DNA of 64,000 nucleotides from a virus. Shown here piece by piece: positions 7,844 to 17,502 of this stretch. The position numbers and the translations under genes are program-made. Under the pieces are notes generated by a model, which was not told the DNA's origin, did not search any database, and worked only from the letters and a program-made list of their open reading frames with translations. Position 1 is the first letter of the stretch. The number at the start of each line of letters is the position of its first letter. Location: IMG/VR virus record IMGVR_UViG_3300042387_000230, positions 3,248 to 67,247 of that record; one strand, given 5' to 3'.

Positions 7844-10558
7844 TTAAATCTGAATCCAGATATCTCCGGTAGTACCACTGCTAGGGGTGGTATTACTAAC
7901 GTATATCTTTTTAGGCGCACTCTTGTCTGAAGTTAGGCCGCCGGCTAAGTAGTAAACCTGTTGACTGTCTTTAACGTACTTAGTTGTGGCAGCATAGGTA
8001 TCAAACTCAACTGCTGCGTTATCCAATGAATTATCTAGAGTAGGCTGCGGAATAATAACTTTAGCTCCGGTAGAAATAAACTTGCCAGTTATACTCATAT
8101 TTCCGTATAAATTAACTTCTAAAGCTCTATTATTTCTATTACTAAAAATAATATTATCTGCGCTAAGCCACGCTTGAGCGCCTTTATTTGTAGCAGTATC
8201 TTCATAAGAGTCTAGAGCTAGTGAAGCAGACTGAGTGCTGACGTGCGCTCCGCTGGAATTGTAGTACGCAATGTCACTGCTAATTTGATATGAAGTGTGG
8301 TTAGAGTTGATTACAGCTACCGAATAGCTCTGTAAGCTTGCATCATAATTTACGTAATCTCCTGTAAGATTAGACGGTCTTACGTAACTACCGCTGGAAG
8401 AAAAGAAGTAGCTAGCGGTGGAGTCTTGATGAAGTTCCTGCCAAACTACCTGCTCTGGCTCAATTAGAGCGGTGCTAAAGAGTCCAGGGTTGCTATCTAA
8501 ATCTCCGCTAAAAGACGGGCTCTTAAACTCCATAAGATCCGTGTATTTATAGTTAGCCGTCTGAGTTTCTAAATCAATATCTAACCATTTCTTAGTCTGC
8601 TGAACCGATGGAGTGCTGGGTATAGCCTCAGAGTCATACCAAGAATAGGCAGATGACCCGGAGTCAGCAAAAAAGAATCTTTTTTCTGTGGATAGTGACA
8701 CATTATCAAATACTAAAGATCCGCTTGACAGACCTGCGTGAGTAGTTCCGCCAACCTGGAAAGAAGTAACCTTACCGGGGAATACAATTTTAAAATTGGT
8801 GCCATTAGCCAGCCCCGTTGGGTTGGCCTCTTTGTATTTAGCGTACAGTTTAGCTAAACTGATAGTTATTTCCGAATTTAGTCTAGTAGGTATAGTAGAT
8901 GCCCTGTCTACAGGGCCAAGAGCCGGCAACTTCGAGCATTCAATTCGATTATCTCCATAATCATTTACTATAGACGCGTTTAATTCAGAGTTTGTCACAG
9001 AAAAATATTTATAAGTGTCAGAAAGAAGAGCCCATTCCGGAGTGGCAACATCGTCTAAAGGCACTGGAGAGCTAGAGTTTCCAAAATCTAAATAGATATC
9101 TTTGGCATTAAACTCTGGTATATTAAGTTTTGCGACCCTGACTTGTTCACGGTCTTCAGTTCCTATATAGTTTCCAGTGTCTGCGGTAGGCCTATTGAAC
9201 GTATTGAGAATTCTAAAGACCGTGTTAGACACAACCGAAGATACCTGAACTACTGCAGAGCCACCGCCAGGGAAAATCTGCTCGGGGGTACCGCTTCCAG
9301 CGGACCCAAAAAATGTTTCATAGATATAATCATTAGCAGTTAGCCCATGCGCAGTATTAGTAGTTACGGTGATTACACTAACGTTACTAATAACATTTTC
9401 CACATAACTGTCAACAAGCACTGAAGGTGCTTGGTGAAACGGCGCAGAAAAAACGTCAAAGTGTAGGTACATAGTAGGGTCTGCAGAAATCAAAGAATTT
9501 ACTAGCGAGTAATTAACTTCTACGGAAAAAGTTGAGTTTGCTGGAGTGCTAGTCCACCCAACTTGAAGACCATACTCACTATTATTTTCATACAGTCCGG
9601 CCACAGCTACGTTTGAAAATGACACAGCTCCAAATGTCACAATACTTGAGGTATTTCCGTTAGTCCAGCTACTAGTAGAAGACACGGTATTGCCAGAAGA
9701 GTTAACATACTCAAGGCTAGGATTTAAAACCAAGTTATATGTTTTAGCCGAAGCGTACGCAACGCCATCGTTAGAGAAATACCCGTAGTCAAAGATTCGC
9801 TTACCGTAGTCTTGCAAATATAGCCCAGCCGCGTCAGTGCTAGCTAGTTGACTGTATCCGGTATTAATTACATCAGTTACCGTGGGAGTGCCCGACCCAT
9901 TGTACGTAATTGTCGTAGAGTTGAGCGGTATGTTATTTCCTTTATTTATGTACTTAAAGTATCCATAGCCAACTTCAATAACTTCCACAGGAAGATTACC
10001 AGTAGAAAGACCGAAGTTGTTTTCTATAGAGACATAAACAAAATCACCTACAACGTACTCATGGCTAGGAGCATATACAACGGCAACATTTTCTGTTCTG
10101 AAAGCAGAGGTAATGGGCACAGGGATATCTACATAGGATTTATATAGCCCAACGTAAGTGCCATTGGTCTTACCGCTGTCGTTAACTCCTAAATCTTCGC
10201 TCTCTAAAAAAGTTCCATGTAGAGACTTATTGCCAATCCTTCTAGTAACTTCTGGGCTACTTATGTTCCAATAGCCTATGCTTCCAGATCTAGCGTTAAT
10301 ATCTCCGCGAACGTATACGTCAGAAAATTCTGCCACACCACTTGCACTGATTTTCCATCCGCTCAGGCCTTCCTGATACGAATAGCTTTCTACAGACTGC
10401 TCGTTTAAAATTAGTCTGTCTACTAGATTTCCTGCATCTATAGAAGAGCTGGATATCTGAGGATTAATAGCATTGTACTTAATCGTTTCTATGTCTTGAT
10501 TTAGATTTGCTAAATATGAACTAAAGCTTTTAGTCCTTCTTAAACGTCTACTCGCCAA
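7844..10558 (-). CDS. Minor tail protein
   Basis: GWKISASGVAEFSDVYVRGDINA.SGSIG.WNI motif typical of siphophage tail proteins; S/T/N-rich; tail module position. Confidence 0.75.
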   Translation of the reverse strand: MASRRLRRTKSFSSYLANLNQDIETIKYNAINPQISSSSIDAGNLVDRLILNEQSVESYSYQEGLSGWKISASGVAEFSDVYVRGDINARSGSIGYWNISSPEVTRRIGNKSLHGTFLESEDLGVNDSGKTNGTYVGLYKSYVDIPVPITSAFRTENVAVVYAPSHEYVVGDFVYVSIENNFGLSTGNLPVEVIEVGYGYFKYINKGNNIPLNSTTITYNGSGTPTVTDVINTGYSQLASTDAAGLYLQDYGKRIFDYGYFSNDGVAYASAKTYNLVLNPSLEYVNSSGNTVSSTSSWTNGNTSSIVTFGAVSFSNVAVAGLYENNSEYGLQVGWTSTPANSTFSVEVNYSLVNSLISADPTMYLHFDVFSAPFHQAPSVLVDSYVENVISNVSVITVTTNTAHGLTANDYIYETFFGSAGSGTPEQIFPGGGSAVVQVSSVVSNTVFRILNTFNRPTADTGNYIGTEDREQVRVAKLNIPEFNAKDIYLDFGNSSSPVPLDDVATPEWALLSDTYKYFSVTNSELNASIVNDYGDNRIECSKLPALGPVDRASTIPTRLNSEITISLAKLYAKYKEANPTGLANGTNFKIVFPGKVTSFQVGGTTHAGLSSGSLVFDNVSLSTEKRFFFADSGSSAYSWYDSEAIPSTPSVQQTKKWLDIDLETQTANYKYTDLMEFKSPSFSGDLDSNPGLFSTALIEPEQVVWQELHQDSTASYFFSSSGSYVRPSNLTGDYVNYDASLQSYSVAVINSNHTSYQISSDIAYYNSSGAHVSTQSASLALDSYEDTATNKGAQAWLSADNIIFSNRNNRALEVNLYGNMSITGKFISTGAKVIIPQPTLDNSLDNAAVEFDTYAATTKYVKDSQQVYYLAGGLTSDKSAPKKIYVSNTTPSSGTTGDIWIQI

Positions 10559-13500
10559 CTTTGTCGACCTGCCAATCTGTAACTAGAGTCAAGTCTACCT
10601 GCTCGGGGAAGGCTGGATTATTGGGAACAGACACTCTAATGGCGTCAATTTTTCTAACAATAACGTTTTTTCTAAGTTCCAAAGCACTGGCTAAGCGAGA
10701 CTTAACAAAAGCGTCGTTAATGTTTAGCGAGCACCAGTCCCCAGGGTTAAACGTCCCGACGGTAGGGTTCATTGAACCGTTAACCGAGATCGTGAAGTCG
10801 CCAATAGGTGGCTTACTTTCATATAAGAACCGCTTAGCAGTTTTGTAGAAATCTAGTTCGGCATCATAATTTCCCCAGTTATCGGTATTTATGGCACCGG
10901 TAGATGTTTGTACCGGCCAACTTTGAGTTTCAGACCTATCTAATAACGGCCAGCCAGCAGCCAGCAAATCTGTAGCAGAGGCTGCCGAATATAGAGACTC
11001 TCCACCGGAACCGCCATCGCTTCCACCACGAGTAATAAATACCCTGGTAGCAGAGCTTTCTGCATTCTCAGATACGCTAACATTGGATATGTTTCCAGGG
11101 TACTCAAATACTAATTTATCTGCGCCAAATGCTACAGGATCAGCTACTTGCCCAGGGGCCAAAGCGTAGTCTATTTCTAAAGTTATGGGGTCTTGCCTCT
11201 GGTAGTTCAACTTCTTTAGGTAGGTAGTTAGACTTTCCGGGTATATAGGCACTAAGACAAAGGTTCGCTTAAATTTATAAGTTCCAGTAACAGAATCAGT
11301 CTCTAAACTGCAATCAATTCTGTAGTCAAATCCATTAATAGAGCCCGAGTATTGCTCGAGGTGCCCACCTAGATTTACTAGCTGACTTCCTCTAATAGGC
11401 TGGCTAGCCTGAGGAGGACGTTCGCTGTAATTAGAAGTAGAGAATTCCATACCTCCCATATCAGCATTTTCCGGAAATTCTCCATAGGTATTCCTATACA
11501 CAACCGGCTCTTTAGATACCGTCGGAGCAATAATAACGCTACCGTTCTGAGCCGATACAGACGTTATTCCTCCGACCGCAAAGTCTATGCTACCCCAGGA
11601 TTTTAAAGTGTACGGGCTTTTAAAGTTAGCCGGAGTAAGGCCTACAACTCCAGAAATAGTTATCTGGTTTCCGCTTACGGACTTAATAGTGAAAGTATTT
11701 CCGTTTAGCGCAGTTATTGCTGAGTTATCCTGCTTATAGAACTCACTTAAAGTAATTTGATCCCCCGTGGAAAATCTGTGGGCGCTATTTGCTGGAGTAT
11801 AGAGTATCACTATTCCGGAAGCTTTGACCGAGATTCTATCTATAGAATCTTGCATATTAAAGTTATATGTAAAAGTATCTGCAGTCACGTTTCCTATTAC
11901 ATTAACTGCATTCATTTGATTGAATACTGCACCGGTAGAGCTATATACATTTATATAAACTAGCTCGGCATCCGACAAGCCGTGACCAGGAGACGTTACG
12001 GTGGCATAGGCACCATCTGCAGATCTAACTATGTTAGAAATTTTCTTTACCGTGCCTGGACTTGTTCTCCTGTAGTCTTTATATGCTACAGCGCCTTCAA
12101 CGTTAAACTCTTTATTCAAAACAGCTGAGTTAATTTCATCGGAACTTAGTGTTTTATTTACAAAGTAGGTTTGGTAACCGTTTGCATCGATGTAGAGGGG
12201 GCTATTAATAGTAATAGTAGTGTTGGTCTTCGAAACAATTCTGTGTTTACCGTTTACCAGTCCAAGAGGGATGTAGGTTCCGTATAGAGTCGAATAAAAT
12301 CCACCTATACCGGACACGGATACATGGTCTCCAACAGACAGCCCGTGCGGAGTATTGTTAGCAATAGTCACAACTCGCCCAGCAAAAGTTGCAACGCCAG
12401 GGGTTGCAGAAGCGTTAGTTATAATTTCTTGTTTGGTGTCTAGCGCAGGAATATTTAAGAAGAATTTAGTTGGGTATAGCGCTCCACCTATGTCCCAAAC
12501 CGTGGTCTGCCCGTTGATTAAAGATAGATCGGGTGTAAGTTTGGGAGCAGATCCGGAAGTAGCAGGGAAGGTCACTGTCCCCGCAATGTCTACATCTGTC
12601 CACCAGGTATTTATAGACTCATTAGTACTGGTTTTAACGACGTCTAATTCTTTATCAGGAACCGCTATAACAATAGTAGTCGAGTTTGGTATAGACTCTA
12701 TAGGATATGTCCCATTGTATACAGACAAGTTTTTTCTTATTGTGGTGTTCCGGACGGTCGAGGCGTCTGCGCTGCAGGCGGCCTCGGCTAGGTTAGAAGC
12801 CGTGTAGTTTACAGTAAATGTTTCTAAAGTTACTGCAGTAACCGTACGAGTCCCGTTTAAGAATTTATCTTTAGTGGATTTGAATCCAGAAAGTTTTACT
12901 GAATCTCCCACAACCAGCCCGTGACGCCCCCAGGTAGTAAATATTGCTTTATTGCTAGTAATTCGTCTTTTAAGAATAACATTGTTAAGATAAGTAACTA
13001 CTACGCCGGTTCTAAGTATTGGAGGGTATGACTGGGTGTCATAGTACTGAGGAGTTACAGATGACGGAAGACCTGACACTGTAACTTTAGGGTAGCTCTG
13101 AAGTTTATCCTGGGAGAACCCATGACTGGATGAGAACTGAATTCTTAATACTCTGATTAAACTACCATCGGTGCCGATCTTGCTCTCATTCTTAATGTAA
13201 TTAATTGACTTAGTAGTCAAGGATGTTCCACCAGACACCGAGCCGAAGGTGGCAGCTGGAAGCCCGGAAATCGTTACAGACTCTCCTGGAGCACTCGAGT
13301 GGTTAGCATCTAGAGTTATCATTGGCAGGTATAGACCGGTAGTGGACCCAGCACCTCCATTGTATATACTGACAATATTTGCAGTTCTAGCCCCACTAGT
13401 AACATTTGCCACACCGCCGGTGGTAAGAGTCATTAATTTACCGTCTGTTGACGTAGCCACTGTAGTTATATTAGATACTTTTTGAGAGACAAGTTTTTCT

Positions 13501-15953
13501 TCTGTTAAAAATTGAAATCTGTTGGAGTCTGGAACCGCTACAATTTTTATAGGCTCGCCGTTGTTAGACAGTTTGGAGTAGGACTCCTGAGGAATAGACA
13601 GCACAACATAGTCACCGACATCAAGCGAGTGAGGAATAGCGGTGTGCGCAGTAGCTACGTTCCCCGCGCCATCAGTTCCAATGTGGGTAATTTGGAATGC
13701 TTCAATAATTTCGGGAACCATTTTTGTCATAGTTCTGGTAATTTTGCCAGTCTTAGCCGTTTTAACTGTAGGGGCATTGCTGCTTATCGCGGTGGTGTTT
13801 TTTATTTTAAAAGACAAAATGCCATCTTCAGGATTAGATGACACAGCCATCCTACCGCCATCAAATTTAGATGCCATGTCTTTATCGGTAAACACTAGGT
13901 CAAAGCTGTCTCCAGTATTGTAAATACTTTCCCCGCCGAGCCACACCGTGAGAATTCCGTACGTACCACTACCGGATGGCTTAGTGTACTTTACGTGAGT
14001 GATAGAGTTTTCTGCGCCGGGCTCAGGCAAGGTGGTTCTAGCATTCTCCCAGACAGGTGCGTACTGAAACCATAAACCGCCACTCACTGTAGCCGTAGCT
14101 CCAGCTGGCGCTGAAATAATTGTCAGGTCTTCAGACAGGTACGGTACAATAAATTCTACTTTCCACAGCCCTGATACTCCTGCCAACGGATCAAATAAAG
14201 TTCCACCGGACGTCTGCCAAACTTGATTGTCAAATCTCTCATCTAAACCAGTAATCAATACGTCAGTTTGATCATCAATAGTAGATATACCTGGAGCTTC
14301 ATTAGTGTCAGGCAGATTAGCAAAAAACACTTTTAATACTCCGAACGTCTCGTCTAGCGAGTTACTTAGCTGGTAGCTAGTAATAGTGTTAGGTATTCCC
14401 GCGCTGGTATCTGAAATTGTAGCGTGACCGTTGTAATATGGCTGAGTCCACCCGTGGTCGTCCACCCCAGAAACTTTTATAGAGTCTCCTATGTTTACAC
14501 CTATGCTCTCCGCTGGAAACAGTCTAAGCTGCGGCGAAGGAGTAGATTTCTTAATGTAAGTTTTAGATTTATCTGCAGGCGGCACCGTGGCTGTTATATT
14601 GTAGATAGTCTCGTTATAAAGAGTTAAATTTTCCTTGTAAGTTATAGTCTTTTTTACTTTATCTACGCCAGTTATGATTACGGCCTCCGCCTCCGCATAA
14701 TCAAACATTTTTGTAGATTTACCTTTTATGTTTTTCTTCCACAGATCCGTGTCTGGGACAACTACTATAATCTGTTCCCCAACTACAAAAATTGGCGTAG
14801 TGTCCATAGTCAATGTGACTACCCCTCCTACCCTAGAGACAGACTTAATAGTCTTAGTGTCATTAAGCACTTTTCGTCTTCTAGAAATTAAAGACCTGGC
14901 AGGCACAACCGCTGTAGTGTCAATGTTTGCTAGCACTAGGGGCGTAGATTGGTCGTAGCTTCCTTTAGGATTGTCTAGAATAGCTTTAAAAGATCTCTTG
15001 CTCGGGACCTCAGATACCGTCTGAGGCCCATCTAGTAGGGTGTCAACGTTGACTACCTTAACTCTTTCGCCAACAATTAGCCCGTGGTCAGCGGTGGTAG
15101 TGAATGTGGCCACGCCGTAAGTAGTATTGGCGGTTGTCAGTTGCTTGGTAGCTATAGTGATAGGTACCCTAACTCCAGGCTCGATAATCTCGTTAGCAAA
15201 GTCAATGTCAACAAAGTCTTTGAAGGCTTCAGAGATTAGAGTTCTAACGTACTCATATGTGTCGGCTCGGCTAGTAACAGAGACAGAGTAGAAACTCTTT
15301 GTTTGAGTTCCCTTAGAGTCGGTAGGAAATTTAAAGTTAGGTATTTTTACAAAAAATGCTTTTACTCCGGGGTCAAATGACACACCGGTAGTCTCAGTTC
15401 CTACCACGTCGTAGTAGCCGTTTTTACCCATAGAAGCATTGTCAGTAAAAGAAATATAGACCTGAGTGTTGACTAGGTTATCGTCGGCAACCGTCAAAGC
15501 TTTTTGCATAATCGTAGACGTTAGTTCAACTTTAAATATGTCAGCAGTGCCAGTGGGTGCAGAAAGGTTAGCTTCGTAGCTAAAGCTGTGAGTTTTCCAT
15601 ATTAGCCTGTGTGATAGGTAGCTAGTAAACTCCGCTGCCGATACGGATAGACTGCGTCCAAGCATGTCGTAAGTTCTGCCCCAAATAATGCCGCCCCAAA
15701 CGCACTCGTTGTTCCTGACTACATACAGCGCAGTCTTTCCAGGCATAGTTGAATTATATAAATCTAAACCATCAGTCTGCTGAGAGGTAGTGATTTTTCC
15801 ACTGAATGCTCCGGCAGCCTTTAGTGAACGTTCGTATGACACGTCTTCGAAAGGAATTTCACCAATAATCGTGTTAGAGACAATGTCTACAGTATAATAC
15901 TTATACCTAGCCGCATTTTGGCTAGCTATAGGTTGAATATTGCTATAAGCCAT
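10548..15953 (-). CDS. Large minor tail (Tal/hub-like) protein with many inserted HGLxVGD beta-repeat modules
   Basis: N-terminus (LYVVRNNECVWGGIIWGR) and C-terminus (FEYPGNI, GWPLLD, GTFNPGDWC) resemble actinophage minor tail proteins; located after Dit. Confidence 0.8.
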   Translation of the reverse strand: MAYSNIQPIASQNAARYKYYTVDIVSNTIIGEIPFEDVSYERSLKAAGAFSGKITTSQQTDGLDLYNSTMPGKTALYVVRNNECVWGGIIWGRTYDMLGRSLSVSAAEFTSYLSHRLIWKTHSFSYEANLSAPTGTADIFKVELTSTIMQKALTVADDNLVNTQVYISFTDNASMGKNGYYDVVGTETTGVSFDPGVKAFFVKIPNFKFPTDSKGTQTKSFYSVSVTSRADTYEYVRTLISEAFKDFVDIDFANEIIEPGVRVPITIATKQLTTANTTYGVATFTTTADHGLIVGERVKVVNVDTLLDGPQTVSEVPSKRSFKAILDNPKGSYDQSTPLVLANIDTTAVVPARSLISRRRKVLNDTKTIKSVSRVGGVVTLTMDTTPIFVVGEQIIVVVPDTDLWKKNIKGKSTKMFDYAEAEAVIITGVDKVKKTITYKENLTLYNETIYNITATVPPADKSKTYIKKSTPSPQLRLFPAESIGVNIGDSIKVSGVDDHGWTQPYYNGHATISDTSAGIPNTITSYQLSNSLDETFGVLKVFFANLPDTNEAPGISTIDDQTDVLITGLDERFDNQVWQTSGGTLFDPLAGVSGLWKVEFIVPYLSEDLTIISAPAGATATVSGGLWFQYAPVWENARTTLPEPGAENSITHVKYTKPSGSGTYGILTVWLGGESIYNTGDSFDLVFTDKDMASKFDGGRMAVSSNPEDGILSFKIKNTTAISSNAPTVKTAKTGKITRTMTKMVPEIIEAFQITHIGTDGAGNVATAHTAIPHSLDVGDYVVLSIPQESYSKLSNNGEPIKIVAVPDSNRFQFLTEEKLVSQKVSNITTVATSTDGKLMTLTTGGVANVTSGARTANIVSIYNGGAGSTTGLYLPMITLDANHSSAPGESVTISGLPAATFGSVSGGTSLTTKSINYIKNESKIGTDGSLIRVLRIQFSSSHGFSQDKLQSYPKVTVSGLPSSVTPQYYDTQSYPPILRTGVVVTYLNNVILKRRITSNKAIFTTWGRHGLVVGDSVKLSGFKSTKDKFLNGTRTVTAVTLETFTVNYTASNLAEAACSADASTVRNTTIRKNLSVYNGTYPIESIPNSTTIVIAVPDKELDVVKTSTNESINTWWTDVDIAGTVTFPATSGSAPKLTPDLSLINGQTTVWDIGGALYPTKFFLNIPALDTKQEIITNASATPGVATFAGRVVTIANNTPHGLSVGDHVSVSGIGGFYSTLYGTYIPLGLVNGKHRIVSKTNTTITINSPLYIDANGYQTYFVNKTLSSDEINSAVLNKEFNVEGAVAYKDYRRTSPGTVKKISNIVRSADGAYATVTSPGHGLSDAELVYINVYSSTGAVFNQMNAVNVIGNVTADTFTYNFNMQDSIDRISVKASGIVILYTPANSAHRFSTGDQITLSEFYKQDNSAITALNGNTFTIKSVSGNQITISGVVGLTPANFKSPYTLKSWGSIDFAVGGITSVSAQNGSVIIAPTVSKEPVVYRNTYGEFPENADMGGMEFSTSNYSERPPQASQPIRGSQLVNLGGHLEQYSGSINGFDYRIDCSLETDSVTGTYKFKRTFVLVPIYPESLTTYLKKLNYQRQDPITLEIDYALAPGQVADPVAFGADKLVFEYPGNISNVSVSENAESSATRVFITRGGSDGGSGGESLYSAASATDLLAAGWPLLDRSETQSWPVQTSTGAINTDNWGNYDAELDFYKTAKRFLYESKPPIGDFTISVNGSMNPTVGTFNPGDWCSLNINDAFVKSRLASALELRKNVIVRKIDAIRVSVPNNPAFPEQVDLTLVTDWQVDKVGE

Positions 15954-15985
15954 GTCATCCTCACGTCAATCGTCTTTATACTATT

Positions 15986-17491
15986 CTAACCTATCCAGCC
16001 GGATCTGTATTTCAGATTGACGGTTGGAGTAGTATTGCCACTCTTCGTGAATGTTATTTGGTTAGTTCCGGGCTGAAGCTTTATCCAATCAATATTTGCA
16101 TCTAAAGTAGATCTAGATCCGTCTGGCAACCCTCGATACAGCACCGAACTGTTGTACGTATCTATCTCTAAAGTATCTACGCTCGTGAGGGCCGCTATCC
16201 CATTGCTCGAGTATGCCTCTTGCGGTACCTGAAGAGATATAGTTCCCCCATATGCAGTTATGTTTGCTACCCCCGTGGTGGTAAATGTAAGAGTGTTAGC
16301 AGCAGTGTTTGTCACAGTGCGAACTCCAGTCAGTGCTAGATTACTCGAGCCATCTATAAATGCATCTGCAGTCGTAGATATCCCGTGCGCTGTTTGAGTA
16401 GTGACAGTTGCAATATTGTTAGTCACCGCAATAGATACCACGTTGGAAATATTTTTTGTGTAGCTTATGGCTGATGCAGACGTAGCAGTAATTGTAACGT
16501 TGTTTTTGTTAAATCTAGTGTCTATGCTCGTCACATTCACAACGTCACCGACATAGAATCCATGATTAGGTATGCCTAATGTTGCCACGCCAGACGAAAG
16601 CTCCAACGTAGTTATGGGGGTGGCTGCAGTATTTGTACTGTAACCGGTATCCCTGAGAGTTCTAATAATTTTTATGGTTTGAATGGTGCCGTCAGGCTGA
16701 ACGTTTTTAATGGTAGCCGGCGCTTGCATCGGCCCGGTAATCTTAAATACAGTGCTGACGTTGGTATTACCTCTATTAAGAACGTTAGCTATTGAAGTTC
16801 CGTCTGTAGGTATGACAGAGACGGTGTTAGCGCCAACGGTAAACTTTTTGGTATAGCCCAGCTTGCTAGTAAATTCATTTATTTTGCTGTTGGTTCTGGT
16901 TATTTCTATGGACACGGGCCAGGTGGTGTAGTTATCGTTAATGTCGTCGTACCAATCGTACTTTACAGGGTCGACGGCCTTAAACTGGGCGGTAAAGTTT
17001 AGACGCCCACGGGCCGTTGCGCTTTCAAATGTTGGCTGCCCGGTAAGGCGTACGTACATAGCTTTTACTGGAGACTCTTTCACCATTAGCCAACCGCCAG
17101 TGTAGACAAGGTCGAACGACTCCATAACTTTTTGACGAGCAGCGGCAGTGTAGCTAGGGTCTTTAGGAATGATTGAACCCTTAAAGGTCAGGGTTTTTGC
17201 AGTCCACCGACCGCGGACGTCATAGGAGCCGTCATCAAGCCCCCGAGGAATGTCTGGCACTTCAGGAGCAGGCATGTCCCACCAACCAGTGATGTCCGTA
17301 CAAATAAAAAGAGTCCCGTTGCCATCAGAAGTATTAAAGACTAAGCGTTTGATGGTGTCGTCAGGCATAACCTTAATGAACTCGATGTCTGCATTGAGCT
17401 GCATGCCCTCGATGTGTGGGTAGGGCATCGGGCGGAGAGCAGAATTTACTTTGGTATTTTCTTGCGCCTGTGTAGTAGGATCGATTGGCAT
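15986..17491 (-). CDS. Distal tail protein (Dit) with inserted domains
   Basis: Immediately follows the tape measure gene; DITGWWD..PE, FKAVDPVKY, NRGN and WIKLQPGTNQI...YRSGW Dit-like motifs. Confidence 0.8.
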   Translation of the reverse strand: MPIDPTTQAQENTKVNSALRPMPYPHIEGMQLNADIEFIKVMPDDTIKRLVFNTSDGNGTLFICTDITGWWDMPAPEVPDIPRGLDDGSYDVRGRWTAKTLTFKGSIIPKDPSYTAAARQKVMESFDLVYTGGWLMVKESPVKAMYVRLTGQPTFESATARGRLNFTAQFKAVDPVKYDWYDDINDNYTTWPVSIEITRTNSKINEFTSKLGYTKKFTVGANTVSVIPTDGTSIANVLNRGNTNVSTVFKITGPMQAPATIKNVQPDGTIQTIKIIRTLRDTGYSTNTAATPITTLELSSGVATLGIPNHGFYVGDVVNVTSIDTRFNKNNVTITATSASAISYTKNISNVVSIAVTNNIATVTTQTAHGISTTADAFIDGSSNLALTGVRTVTNTAANTLTFTTTGVANITAYGGTISLQVPQEAYSSNGIAALTSVDTLEIDTYNSSVLYRGLPDGSRSTLDANIDWIKLQPGTNQITFTKSGNTTPTVNLKYRSGWIG

Positions 17492-17502
17492 AGTTTAAGT
17501 CC